Notes under the pieces: generated by a model
Databases searched by the model: none
Told to the model about the DNA's origin: nothing
The model's input: only the letters and a program-made list of their open reading frames with translations
Shown: positions 37,416-46,990 of the stretch, piece after piece
Layout: each line of letters opens with the position of its first letter
How positions within the stretch are numbered: position 1 is the first letter of the stretch
Source of the DNA: a virus
Virus record (IMG/VR): IMGVR_UViG_3300043425_001190
Location: 1 to 64,000 of that record
Length of the DNA: 64,000 nucleotides
Strand: one strand, 5' to 3'
Made by a program: the position numbers and the translations under genes

Positions 37416-40400
37416 TTATAGTAGGCAAGCACCAGACGATGTTGGCGGGATCGATTCTGTCGGGTTGACCCAAACGATATTTCTCAGAACAGATGTTGCC
37501 GGTTTGACGTATTCCACCATCTCTTTGATAGTAGCCTCAATATGCCTTTTCATTTCGTATTTTTCAGTTCCTGGTAATGGGTCTACTGAGTCGCCGGACA
37601 ACTCGGAGCTGAAACCAAAATTCTTAATTTTGATATCGAACAGCCCAGATTTTCTGGCTTTTTCGTTGTAGAAGTACCATTTGGCCACTCTTTCAACAAG
37701 AGGGTGCTTGAACGAAGCGTTGGTGTCGTACAGGATGAAATAAAGCGAATCATACAACTTGGCGCGGTAATACCGTCTAGTGTTGACCAGACCACCGCTA
37801 ACCATTGATTCAGGCAGATAATAACTGGTGTCGTTTGTGAAGGTAAACATGTTTTTCAGCGAGGTGGCGTTGTACTTGATCTCGTTGGTTAGGTAGTCAA
37901 CGTCTGATCCAAGGTTGATAAAACAGGCCAGGTTGAAATAATGGTTTGTTGTACCGTTGTCAAGGTCTGTAAACGTGTATCCGCCTGAAGTGGTACCAGA
38001 CATACCCATGTTGTTGGCGTCATCCCAGTAGGCAAATGTGTCAATCGGCATCGGGGTAACACCATCTCCAGAGAAGGTATCAACTAACTTTGGTACCGGG
38101 GCCATAATAAGGGCTAACAACTCGTCATTGATGGTGAAGTCAATAACCTTTAGACGTTGCGATTTAAACGACTGCTCTTTTTCTACCGACCCAGCACCGT
38201 TGATGCCGACACCGTTGTACTGATAGTACTTGTATGTGAAATCATACTCAGACTCATTAGCATAATCCATGGTTGGTGCGGTCACCAGTTTTTTAAGGAG
38301 AATTGCTGTAGTGTAGTCGTCTAGCCCGGAGTACAAGGTATCGTTGTCCGCAACATTAAACATCAAAATACCATCTCCGTTGACCTGGTTTACCACCAGA
38401 CCAACAAACCCAACCACAGCTGGGGTGATCCACGCCGGCAGATCCTCAACCGCGTTGCCATATTTTTGTGAACAACGTGACACATAGTAGTTTGGTGATG
38501 GACCAGTTACTAGGGCAAACCCTGGGTAGGTTGACGGGAATACATCACATGCCACCACTGATCCGGTCACTGTGTTCGAGCACAGGGTGGCCCATACGTG
38601 GTTTTCCGGTCGGTACAACTGATACTGATACTGGTTGCCAAGTTTCGTAACAAACGTGTAACCATTTGACTCGTTGTCAACACGACCACAAACAAACTCT
38701 CTGGCTCCTGTAGACTGGGCACCACCAGAAATAGGTCCGTTCGACCCAAGTTTGTAAAAGTATACCTGTTTATTGAACGTGGTGATCATTAGCGAGTCTG
38801 AGACTACGGCCACATCAGAAATCATACCTTGGAGGTTGTTTCCTCCGTATGTGATTGCCGGCAGAACCCAAATGCCGATGTTACTACCGGCCTCTTCGTT
38901 CTTCATTAAAAGAACACCGCTTGACGGAGTGTTAAAGTATCCTGACTCAGTACCACTGGCTACAATACCATCACCAGTGACGTTGAATAAGTTACAGGTT
39001 AAGATGTACTTGTTGCCGAAAGCATCGGAATCAAACTGTTTTATTGGGTGGTGCTGGTATGCCGAGGCTGCGGTAGAACCCCACTCACCATTTCTTGGGG
39101 TGGGGCAAATATGATTTTCGCCTGTGGCCTCTTCGTTGGTCAGGTACGGGATTCTTTCCTGGAAGTCGTTATAAATGTCATCTGATCCAGATACCTCTTC
39201 ATCAAACAGGTATTTCAACACCCCCTGGTTATTAAAGGTGAAGTAGTGATAGGTATCATCAACCTCAAACTGGTCTAGGGCGTTCTGCAAAGTGGCGGCT
39301 GTGCCACGAGTATTTGAAACAAAATCGCTGTAGTTGGCGTATATTCCTTCAATCCCCAGCTTGATAGCCTCCTCGTACGATGGCTCTGGCATGGCATCCC
39401 AACTGACTTTATCAACACCAACAGAACGGTACCGGTGATAGCCTTTAGTAGTAGAAATGGTGTCGTTTCCGATAGTGGCGATTTCAACACCGTGTCTTCC
39501 GTCTAAGCTTGGAGTACCGCTAACGCCAATATCGGCATCAGCGTAGGCTGAGGTCCACATATGTGATGCCGTTCCATAACCGTTTTGGTATCTGTCAACC
39601 GGGTACGGATACGACGGGTGGCCGGTATACTGGCCATCGACTACCGCTTCATCAAACGGAGAACCAGTAACAACGAAGCCGGTATCTGATCCGGCGTACG
39701 GGTCTACGAACGGAATGATGAGATCTTTTATAGTTTTCTGCCACGCCAAATCGGAGTCGGCATACTCTGGCATTTCGTGTTTTGATCTGTACCGGTTATA
39801 GACATCGTTTAACCCAGGTTCCTCAACGATTGGGTTCAGGAACGCAGCTTCATCACCAGAGAAATAATTCCACGGGTCGGCAAGATCAACCACCTCGACG
39901 TCGAAGCCGTTATTCACCACATCTTGGGTCTGGCCCCTACCGTAGAAGTTATATGCGCCTTGGACAGCGGAAATACCAACGTTGTTGTTTCCATAATCCG
40001 TCATCTCACGCAGGATGTAGTCCCTAAACAAAAGTTCAATGGCCCGCTTTGAACCCTTATTCTGCATGCGAATCACGGTTAGCATTAGGAACTTTCTATG
40101 CCATTTGGTTTTGTTGATAATGTAAACCAGACGGTCTTCGAAGATGGCGTACTTCTCGCCGCCAGTGGACGCCACCGGGAATTCAAGACCAAGGATTTGT
40201 GCCGCAATGACGCCGTCATCTGTTAAGTCGTCACCACCATCAACAATATATGAAGTGATCAGCTCGTAGATGGTTTTAACGCCGTCGGACACAACATCGG
40301 TTTCGCATCCGATGGTATAGGCGGCTGAAGTTGGAACAATCGCCTCAGCTTCTAATACCAGATCGCCGTTATTAATCATGTCGGCAACGATAGACGACGA

Positions 40401-40793
40401 GTAGTCATAGCCTGATGAACCAGAAACAGTGACGTTGGTTGCGGTAGTAACCGACTGTTCTGAAACAGCAGTGGTGTAGTAGTTGAACATTTTTAATAGG
40501 TCAGACTGTACGGTGCCGGTGATATCCAACGATTCAAACCCACAGGTGTCAAAGTTGGTAACGCCAATCGATCTGGCAATAATCGGCAAAAATCTGACGT
40601 CACACTGTTCGGTGTCGGAGACATTTTTAACATGTCCGGACGTCACGGCGTAGATGTCATTGAACTGACCTTCGATGGCTTCGATCAGTTTGAAAATGTC
40701 AGAGTTGGCCGGCACATGCTTCGGTATGATTTCCCGGAAGAAGTTGGCGAATCCGGTGAAAGTTCTGTTAGTGCTTTCCATGACTGACTCCAT
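37416..40793 (-). CDS. large baseplate wedge protein (gp7-like)
   Basis: follows gp6; LP.IA..IG, KGS..AI..LF and C-terminal VKPA motifs of wedge proteins. Confidence 0.6.
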   Translation of the reverse strand: MESVMESTNRTFTGFANFFREIIPKHVPANSDIFKLIEAIEGQFNDIYAVTSGHVKNVSDTEQCDVRFLPIIARSIGVTNFDTCGFESLDITGTVQSDLLKMFNYYTTAVSEQSVTTATNVTVSGSSGYDYSSSIVADMINNGDLVLEAEAIVPTSAAYTIGCETDVVSDGVKTIYELITSYIVDGGDDLTDDGVIAAQILGLEFPVASTGGEKYAIFEDRLVYIINKTKWHRKFLMLTVIRMQNKGSKRAIELLFRDYILREMTDYGNNNVGISAVQGAYNFYGRGQTQDVVNNGFDVEVVDLADPWNYFSGDEAAFLNPIVEEPGLNDVYNRYRSKHEMPEYADSDLAWQKTIKDLIIPFVDPYAGSDTGFVVTGSPFDEAVVDGQYTGHPSYPYPVDRYQNGYGTASHMWTSAYADADIGVSGTPSLDGRHGVEIATIGNDTISTTKGYHRYRSVGVDKVSWDAMPEPSYEEAIKLGIEGIYANYSDFVSNTRGTAATLQNALDQFEVDDTYHYFTFNNQGVLKYLFDEEVSGSDDIYNDFQERIPYLTNEEATGENHICPTPRNGEWGSTAASAYQHHPIKQFDSDAFGNKYILTCNLFNVTGDGIVASGTESGYFNTPSSGVLLMKNEEAGSNIGIWVLPAITYGGNNLQGMISDVAVVSDSLMITTFNKQVYFYKLGSNGPISGGAQSTGAREFVCGRVDNESNGYTFVTKLGNQYQYQLYRPENHVWATLCSNTVTGSVVACDVFPSTYPGFALVTGPSPNYYVSRCSQKYGNAVEDLPAWITPAVVGFVGLVVNQVNGDGILMFNVADNDTLYSGLDDYTTAILLKKLVTAPTMDYANESEYDFTYKYYQYNGVGINGAGSVEKEQSFKSQRLKVIDFTINDELLALIMAPVPKLVDTFSGDGVTPMPIDTFAYWDDANNMGMSGTTSGGYTFTDLDNGTTNHYFNLACFINLGSDVDYLTNEIKYNATSLKNMFTFTNDTSYYLPESMVSGGLVNTRRYYRAKLYDSLYFILYDTNASFKHPLVERVAKWYFYNEKARKSGLFDIKIKNFGFSSELSGDSVDPLPGTEKYEMKRHIEATIKEMVEYVKPATSVLRNIVWVNPTESIPPTSSGACLL

Positions 40794-42694
40794 TAGTATT
40801 CTACGAACCCGATACTATCTACTGTGTTGGTAGCAACGTTGATGTTGTTAATGGAGTATGCCCCAGGAACCACTTCGGCAGTTGATAGACGGTAGAACTC
40901 AAATTTAGCAAGACGTTTGTCAAAGTTGATGATTTCGCTGTTTGGTGGTGGCACCAGATTGTAATCACCTGAGGTAAACAAAGCGTTGTTGCCAGTGACG
41001 TCACCGGCAGTGAAGTTTCTTCCCTTCTTGACCACAATACTCATATACTCAATCCGTTCAACCCCAGGGATTCCAAGGATTTTGGTCTTCATGTCAGAGA
41101 AGTTGATGGTACCACCAAGTTTGGCGTTGGCGAAAGATAGCGAGTCACGAATGATGGCATCGATGCTGCTGTTGATCTGGGTGATTGAAACAAGCGAGGC
41201 CGGGTTTTTCTTCACCGAAACGTATGGAATGCAGTTCACGTACACCGGGTCTGTAATAATAACTTCGGCGGTGGCGGCCTTAATATCTTTAATTTTGCGA
41301 ACGATGCGTTCAACCACCGGGTGTGTTACATACTGGCCAACAGACGGAACCGAGACAACGTAGATGTTGTTGGTATCGCACGAATCCATTTGTAGAACGT
41401 TGGATTCAGAGAACCGTAGTTTACCGATAGTGAACACCGATTTTGGGTCTTCGATGCCGTAACCACCGGTATCGTAATACTGGGCCATGTAGGTGGTCAT
41501 GTATTCCCAGTTGTTCATCGGGTATGAGTCGTGGAGAACAGAAGAGAAGTTGGCGTCGAAGTATGCGGCGTAGTCACCGATAGAGTTTAGCGATCCCTGG
41601 GTGCTGAAGGTCTTTGGAGCGTTTGATCTGATCTCTGAAACGGTTTCTGGCAGACCACCAAGAGATGATTGTTCAGGCTGCGATACCATCAGCTTGATTG
41701 GGTCCAGGGTTGTTTCAATTTCAGTTTTTATGAAATCAGATGACGCAACCGGGTATGTGATTCCGTTAATATCAACGTAGTGTGGCAACGACGGACCGGT
41801 GGCAACTTCATGGTACCTGGAGTCAAGCTCGTTGATAGTATTGGTTCCAGTTAAGAATCCTGGTCCGATCTTACCAAACAAATGGTCGGATACTAACCGG
41901 TAAACCTTAATGGCCTGGTCGCCGATCTTTGGAATAGCCCCGTTTACCCCGTCGCCGAAGGTTACTTCGTATTGTCTATACTCGTTGAGCCGGACTTCAA
42001 ACACCTGGTCCTCGGGGCCGGCAAGGTAAAGCGAATCGGTTCTCGCCCATTGTTCGTATTTGGCTGTAAGACCGTTGTAAACGTAAACATCAACAAAGCC
42101 ATCGCCGATCTTTTTACCGGTTGATGGTTGTACAAGTTTGATTTTTTGTAAAGCAGATCCGTTGGACGCCGAATTGATTCTTTCATAATACCCGTTAACC
42201 AATGATAAACGTTTGGTGAAGGTGAATTTTACCCCATCTGGGAGGTCCACGCCATCATCACCGAAGCTGAAATATATGTCTTCAAAAGTTGAATAGTATA
42301 AATCATCACCAGTGGAGACGTTCTTGGCTGTGGATTTGAAACTGGTGTAGCGTGGGATAACCAGGGTTGGGCTGATATTACTATCTGATAGATAGACGGT
42401 AAGATCACAATCTACTAGCGGGGCGATGTGACCCTTTGGGATGTATGATAGTGTCTTGGCTAGGGCCACGGCGTTTTCATACATCTTAGTTTTGTCTAGG
42501 TGGCTTTCCGATGCGGCGGCATTGCTCATGTAGCCAAGTAATTCTACACCATACGAAATCTGTCTCAGTAGCGATGACAGATAACTGCCTTCGCTGTTGT
42601 TGTCTCTGAAGGTGTCGCTATCAGCGACATCCGACCGCATTTTAGCCAGGATTTGATCGAAGTCCTGGTTAAGCATTTTAATGTCGTTGGCCAT
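40793..42694 (-). CDS. gp6: baseplate wedge subunit
   Basis: DFDQI..F.D.N.EGS.LS.LL, LA..L.Y.P, FGDGVNG.IP, GG..ET..EIR..AP..F..Q....DY. Confidence 0.9.
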   Translation of the reverse strand: MANDIKMLNQDFDQILAKMRSDVADSDTFRDNNSEGSYLSSLLRQISYGVELLGYMSNAAASESHLDKTKMYENAVALAKTLSYIPKGHIAPLVDCDLTVYLSDSNISPTLVIPRYTSFKSTAKNVSTGDDLYYSTFEDIYFSFGDDGVDLPDGVKFTFTKRLSLVNGYYERINSASNGSALQKIKLVQPSTGKKIGDGFVDVYVYNGLTAKYEQWARTDSLYLAGPEDQVFEVRLNEYRQYEVTFGDGVNGAIPKIGDQAIKVYRLVSDHLFGKIGPGFLTGTNTINELDSRYHEVATGPSLPHYVDINGITYPVASSDFIKTEIETTLDPIKLMVSQPEQSSLGGLPETVSEIRSNAPKTFSTQGSLNSIGDYAAYFDANFSSVLHDSYPMNNWEYMTTYMAQYYDTGGYGIEDPKSVFTIGKLRFSESNVLQMDSCDTNNIYVVSVPSVGQYVTHPVVERIVRKIKDIKAATAEVIITDPVYVNCIPYVSVKKNPASLVSITQINSSIDAIIRDSLSFANAKLGGTINFSDMKTKILGIPGVERIEYMSIVVKKGRNFTAGDVTGNNALFTSGDYNLVPPPNSEIINFDKRLAKFEFYRLSTAEVVPGAYSINNINVATNTVDSIGFVEY

Positions 42695-42733
42695 CTGTAT
42701 ACCTCGGTTATGGGTATACTTATGGAGAAGAAC

Positions 42734-43204
42734 TTACGCTTTGCTGATCGAAATGCCGCTTATTGAAACGTCCCTGTTCAACGCTCTGACAGTAACTTTG
42801 ATGTCAATCAACCACCGGTTTCCATTAATGTCGGGGAACACGGATATGTTTGGTGCCGATACCCTTTTCTCCCATCTGGTGATGGCGTCTTTGATGGTTG
42901 CCCCTAAAATAGAAGCGTTGGCATCACTTACGACCATTTTGAAAATATACTGGTCTAGGTCGCACCCAAACTCTGGAAGGTGCACCATCTCACCAGGTTT
43001 AGTATATAGGATGTTCATGATAGAACGAATCACCGCACGTTCATCTTTAAGTGTCTCTATATCACCAGTTGGGTTGAACTTGCCCATGTTAATCATGTCA
43101 AGGTCCGACCAGGTAACGTCGACCGACTGCGGGTCTTTGGCCGATGAGGCGGTTGGGTCGGTTACTACATATCTAATGTTTACCGAGCTTAAATCGTATC
43201 TCAT
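42734..43204 (-). CDS. gp25: baseplate wedge / sheath initiator
   Basis: SI.NIL.T.PGE....PEFGC.L..Y.F...I..AI.RWE.RV. Confidence 0.9.
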   Translation of the reverse strand: MRYDLSSVNIRYVVTDPTASSAKDPQSVDVTWSDLDMINMGKFNPTGDIETLKDERAVIRSIMNILYTKPGEMVHLPEFGCDLDQYIFKMVVSDANASILGATIKDAITRWEKRVSAPNISVFPDINGNRWLIDIKVTVRALNRDVSISGISISKA

Positions 43205-44064
43205 GATGGTACTTCTGGGGTTGGTGGTGGTGGAACCGGTACAATCGGAGCTCCGGTGGGAACTGGTGGGCCACCAACCCCAGGTCCACCAGAGTTAAGG
43301 TGGGTGTGGGAGTTTACAGATCCGTGTACTGACGTGATGATATCTAGAGCACTTACCGTTGCTGGGGTGATTATAGGCCCTAGCACGGTTAGGCTACCTA
43401 CGACCCAAACGTTGCCAGTAATCACCTGTATGGGTGCGGTAATATGTTTACTGGCGGCGTTCTCGACCACATCACCGACAACAGTAGATTCGCTTGACCC
43501 GCCAACGTACTCATGTAGGTTTCCAGCAGTGGTATCTTTTCTTTTACCGGTAGATTTAAGATGAACACCAGACTTGCTCATTTTGATGTACGATTTGTTC
43601 TTGTGCGTAAACTGTATTCTTTCCTCTCCCGGCGTGCCATCGTACTCTACCGAGCATCCGCCAAACCCAACAACCGAGTTATCTGGATATTTGGCGGCAT
43701 ACTCTGAGTCGGATTCTTTACCAAGCTTAACCAGGTCTTCTGAGATTTCGCGAGCCAGAGAGTGCCAGTCAGGTACATCGTTTTCTATACACGATCTAGA
43801 CCCGTCGTATATTGGGTGGCTAAGACTGCCGTTATCAAAGTATAGTGTGACTATTGTTCCAACTCGCGGAACCGAGAACATACCAGAGTTGGCACCACCA
43901 CCTAGGAAGGTCGGGGTCTTCTGGTAAGCCCATGGCAACCCGTCAGGGTTTAACTCTGTTGACTGATCAGACAACCCTGGAACATAAATGCGGACACGGC
44001 CGGTCTTTAACGGGTCTTTGTTGTCGACAACCTTTCCAGTATAATAACCGTGATGGCGCATCAT
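43201..44064 (-). CDS. gp5: baseplate central spike (gp5/gpV-like, no lysozyme domain)
   Basis: GKVVDNKDP...GRVR...LPWA...VP.VG..V...F..G....P OB fold; D.TPG.ERI...H; C-terminal HTH apex motif. Confidence 0.85.
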   Translation of the reverse strand: MMRHHGYYTGKVVDNKDPLKTGRVRIYVPGLSDQSTELNPDGLPWAYQKTPTFLGGGANSGMFSVPRVGTIVTLYFDNGSLSHPIYDGSRSCIENDVPDWHSLAREISEDLVKLGKESDSEYAAKYPDNSVVGFGGCSVEYDGTPGEERIQFTHKNKSYIKMSKSGVHLKSTGKRKDTTAGNLHEYVGGSSESTVVGDVVENAASKHITAPIQVITGNVWVVGSLTVLGPIITPATVSALDIITSVHGSVNSHTHLNSGGPGVGGPPVPTGAPIVPVPPPPTPEVPS

Positions 44065-45458
44065 ACAATATAACCTTTTACCGGGGTGCTGATGAAGTGT
44101 GAGTTCTTAACTAGTTTCATCCTAGTGTTAAATCCAGAGTCAGACCAAGACCATGAGATTGTGTGGCACATGTAGTTACCGGCCAGCTGGTTGTTCATGT
44201 CGTATTTTTTAAACGCTGAGTCACAAGTCACGGTGTATACTCTGCCATGTGAAGCGTTGTATACGCCTTCTTCGGTGGTGACGTCAAGGGACCAAAGGTC
44301 TTCATTCATGCTTCTGGTAAGCTTGTTGCGTACTTCGCGGCTTGTACCCTCGGACATGAAGCTGGCCAGGTTTATCTTTATATTAGAGTCTAGAACCTTC
44401 TCTTTGTGTAACAAAGAACTGGCAGTAGAGGTTTTGTTCTTAGCCTGGTTGAACTGGTCTTTTACTTTCACATCAAAATTTTTAAAAGCCTTCACCGATG
44501 GGTCGAATGATACCAACCTGTGGTTTGACATTGTGTCCATCATTGTCTGGTGGCTTGGTAGTGAGATGGTTGCGTCTTTGATGTGAATACCAGCAAGGTG
44601 GCCAATGGTATTTGTAACACCGTCGTTTAACATATTCTTGAACACCAAAGGTCTAACGTAGGTATCGTGGTGGTTGTTGATCAACGAGTACATCGTGTCT
44701 AGACAGTATTTCCCGTCTCTGTTTCTCCACAGATAAGTGCCGAATCCGTTATTTTGTGAGGTAATCAGATCCTGGGCCTCGCGCATGATAGACTCGGCAC
44801 CGTCACTGAACTGGTATGGAAACAAAAATTTGGTATCCTGGTCAACCCATCTACCGATAGGGTTGTTATCGGACACAGCGGATGCCCACTCATCGTAGTT
44901 GTGGAATTTTTGCGATATAAACTTTTTAAGCCACAGCCCAACGTTATCATCCGTTGGTATAAACGCGTTAACTGTTCCCTGTTGCATCATTCTGGCTGTG
45001 TGTATGTCAACAAGCGAAATTGAGATTGGCTGATCGGTTTTTGCTCCAACAACAGACAGCGACGGATACACTATTTGGTCTGTTGCAAAAATGTAGTCGA
45101 AACTAGCGTCCTCGTACTTCATGTTTTTACCAGACTCTGACTGTGAACGGACGAAATCTTCAATTTTCGGTCTCACCGAAATATACCACTCTTCAACACC
45201 GGTAAGAGACGCAAACTCAAACGTTGCGTTATTGTGGTTCTTTATGGTAATAGTTCCAGTAATATAATGGTTATCAATTGACGCTGTGATATCAATTGAC
45301 GAAACCAAAGATGAAGGCATCGGGAAAATAAAAGACTGGCCTGGTATTTTAAATCCAACAGATAAATCCCAGTCGTTTGTGTTAAACCGTTTATCTGAAT
45401 ACTCTGGAATTTTTGATAGCTTATACACCTGATGAGGCCTTAGTTGGTAGGTTTTCAC
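44061..45458 (-). CDS. baseplate hub protein (gp27-like)
   Basis: position between gp53 and gp5; C-terminal G.Y....I...W.......M.L.K. Confidence 0.55.
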   Translation of the reverse strand: MKTYQLRPHQVYKLSKIPEYSDKRFNTNDWDLSVGFKIPGQSFIFPMPSSLVSSIDITASIDNHYITGTITIKNHNNATFEFASLTGVEEWYISVRPKIEDFVRSQSESGKNMKYEDASFDYIFATDQIVYPSLSVVGAKTDQPISISLVDIHTARMMQQGTVNAFIPTDDNVGLWLKKFISQKFHNYDEWASAVSDNNPIGRWVDQDTKFLFPYQFSDGAESIMREAQDLITSQNNGFGTYLWRNRDGKYCLDTMYSLINNHHDTYVRPLVFKNMLNDGVTNTIGHLAGIHIKDATISLPSHQTMMDTMSNHRLVSFDPSVKAFKNFDVKVKDQFNQAKNKTSTASSLLHKEKVLDSNIKINLASFMSEGTSREVRNKLTRSMNEDLWSLDVTTEEGVYNASHGRVYTVTCDSAFKKYDMNNQLAGNYMCHTISWSWSDSGFNTRMKLVKNSHFISTPVKGYIV

Positions 45459-45813
45459 GAACTTCTTTAAGAATCAGAAACATCAGGCTTTTTGGTAGTA
45501 CTTTTATAGTATCACCAACCAGTGGAAGTTCGGTAAACGGGTTTATTACCGAGTTGAACTGGGCTAGCAACCACCAAAACTTGGTGTCTCCATAGAGTTT
45601 ATACGAAATAAATGGCCAGTTGTCGTTATTGGTTACTGTATATAGACCAACTTCGGTAGATTCGTTAACCCCAACAAAGTCAATATTACCAATCGGGTTG
45701 TGTAAAAAAACCTCATCTATTAGGTGTACCGGCAGCAGGTTCAACCTTGAGTGAACCGGCACGAAAGTACCAGTACCCATTTCGTCGGCAGAGTATCCTA
45801 GTTCATCGCTCAT
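45421..45813 (-). CDS. gp53: baseplate wedge LysM-like protein
   Basis: YTV...D....ISYK.YGD...WWL...FN....P....G..IKV. Confidence 0.85.
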   Translation of the reverse strand: MSDELGYSADEMGTGTFVPVHSRLNLLPVHLIDEVFLHNPIGNIDFVGVNESTEVGLYTVTNNDNWPFISYKLYGDTKFWWLLAQFNSVINPFTELPLVGDTIKVLPKSLMFLILKEVRENLPTKASSGV

Positions 45814-46988
45814 TTGTTGCCCTTGTAGTTTTTAGATAGTTCCTCAAACGTAGCAGTAGAACTCTTTGATTCAGATGCTGAGCCCAGGTTTATGCCGCCT
45901 TTATCGGCGAAAGCCCCTTTACCGATATACTTGTTTACCACGGTAACCCCGTTTATACTACCACCATGCCCGGCAGCGTACAGCTCTTGTGAAACCATTA
46001 CTAACTCTTTGAACGAGACGTTCAGTTTATATGCTTGCGGAGCCTTAAACTGGCTATCACCACCAAACGAACCCATTTGCTGAGCCAACCCATAAAAGCT
46101 GGTCGTGCCATAGTGACCGGTCGGCCAGTTGGCTATCGCTTTTGCTGGTACCTTCCTATCAACAAAATACCCAACGCTGGCTACCGTAAGGTTATTCACG
46201 GCAACAAACGGGCACCAATAAAACCCAGGTATTTTAAGTTCGAAAACGTTTGGTGAATAGCGGTATAAATTTTGGTGGCTGTGTCTAATAGCCATATTCA
46301 GACCATGAATCAGTCTCAAGTTCTGTATAAAGTTTTCATCGGTATCGTTGATCAGGTTTATCTCAACATTGTCGATGGTGTTTGACGACCCAGTCCAGCT
46401 TTGGCCCATTTCTCTGTTGATCGGCATGAGATTCATGAAACTCTTTAACGTGGAAATACCACTGAACATACCAGTAATTGACGACATCATATCAGCGTCT
46501 GACCACTCGGATTGCACACCATATCCAACCTTCTCGGTTATTGGGATACGGTATACATTTGTATATCTACCAGGGTACAGTGATTTAAACGCCTCAATGT
46601 ATGAAGATAACTCCATATTAACATCACCGATACCGTTAACCACCCTGTCTGATGAAAGTTTATGTATCGAGTCAAGTAGGTTTCCGTCGGCGGCTGTCAT
46701 CCCGTTAGCAAACGCCTTACCAATGGCTGAACCAGAGGCAAACGCGGTGTTAAACGTTTGTTCAATTTGGGTCAACACAGTGTTCATTGACCGGTCTAAG
46801 GCAATTTCGGTTAGCTCAATATATGGATGGCGGCTGTGATCGCCAAGGTGTGGCACATCAAACGTGGTAGATGAGGTTTGGACGGTTTGTGTTTTGGCCG
46901 TTTCACTAATCTCGTTGGCGATCTTTACAGCACCAGATGTGGTTTGTGGGACCTTAATCGGCGATACCGGTGTTTTTTCGTCTGCCAT
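45810..46988 (-). CDS. tail tube initiator (gp48-like)
   Basis: SP.VF.L.IPG and P.AY.L.VSFKEL motifs; position after tape measure. Confidence 0.55.
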   Translation of the reverse strand: MADEKTPVSPIKVPQTTSGAVKIANEISETAKTQTVQTSSTTFDVPHLGDHSRHPYIELTEIALDRSMNTVLTQIEQTFNTAFASGSAIGKAFANGMTAADGNLLDSIHKLSSDRVVNGIGDVNMELSSYIEAFKSLYPGRYTNVYRIPITEKVGYGVQSEWSDADMMSSITGMFSGISTLKSFMNLMPINREMGQSWTGSSNTIDNVEINLINDTDENFIQNLRLIHGLNMAIRHSHQNLYRYSPNVFELKIPGFYWCPFVAVNNLTVASVGYFVDRKVPAKAIANWPTGHYGTTSFYGLAQQMGSFGGDSQFKAPQAYKLNVSFKELVMVSQELYAAGHGGSINGVTVVNKYIGKGAFADKGGINLGSASESKSSTATFEELSKNYKGNK

Positions 46989-46990
46989 TG

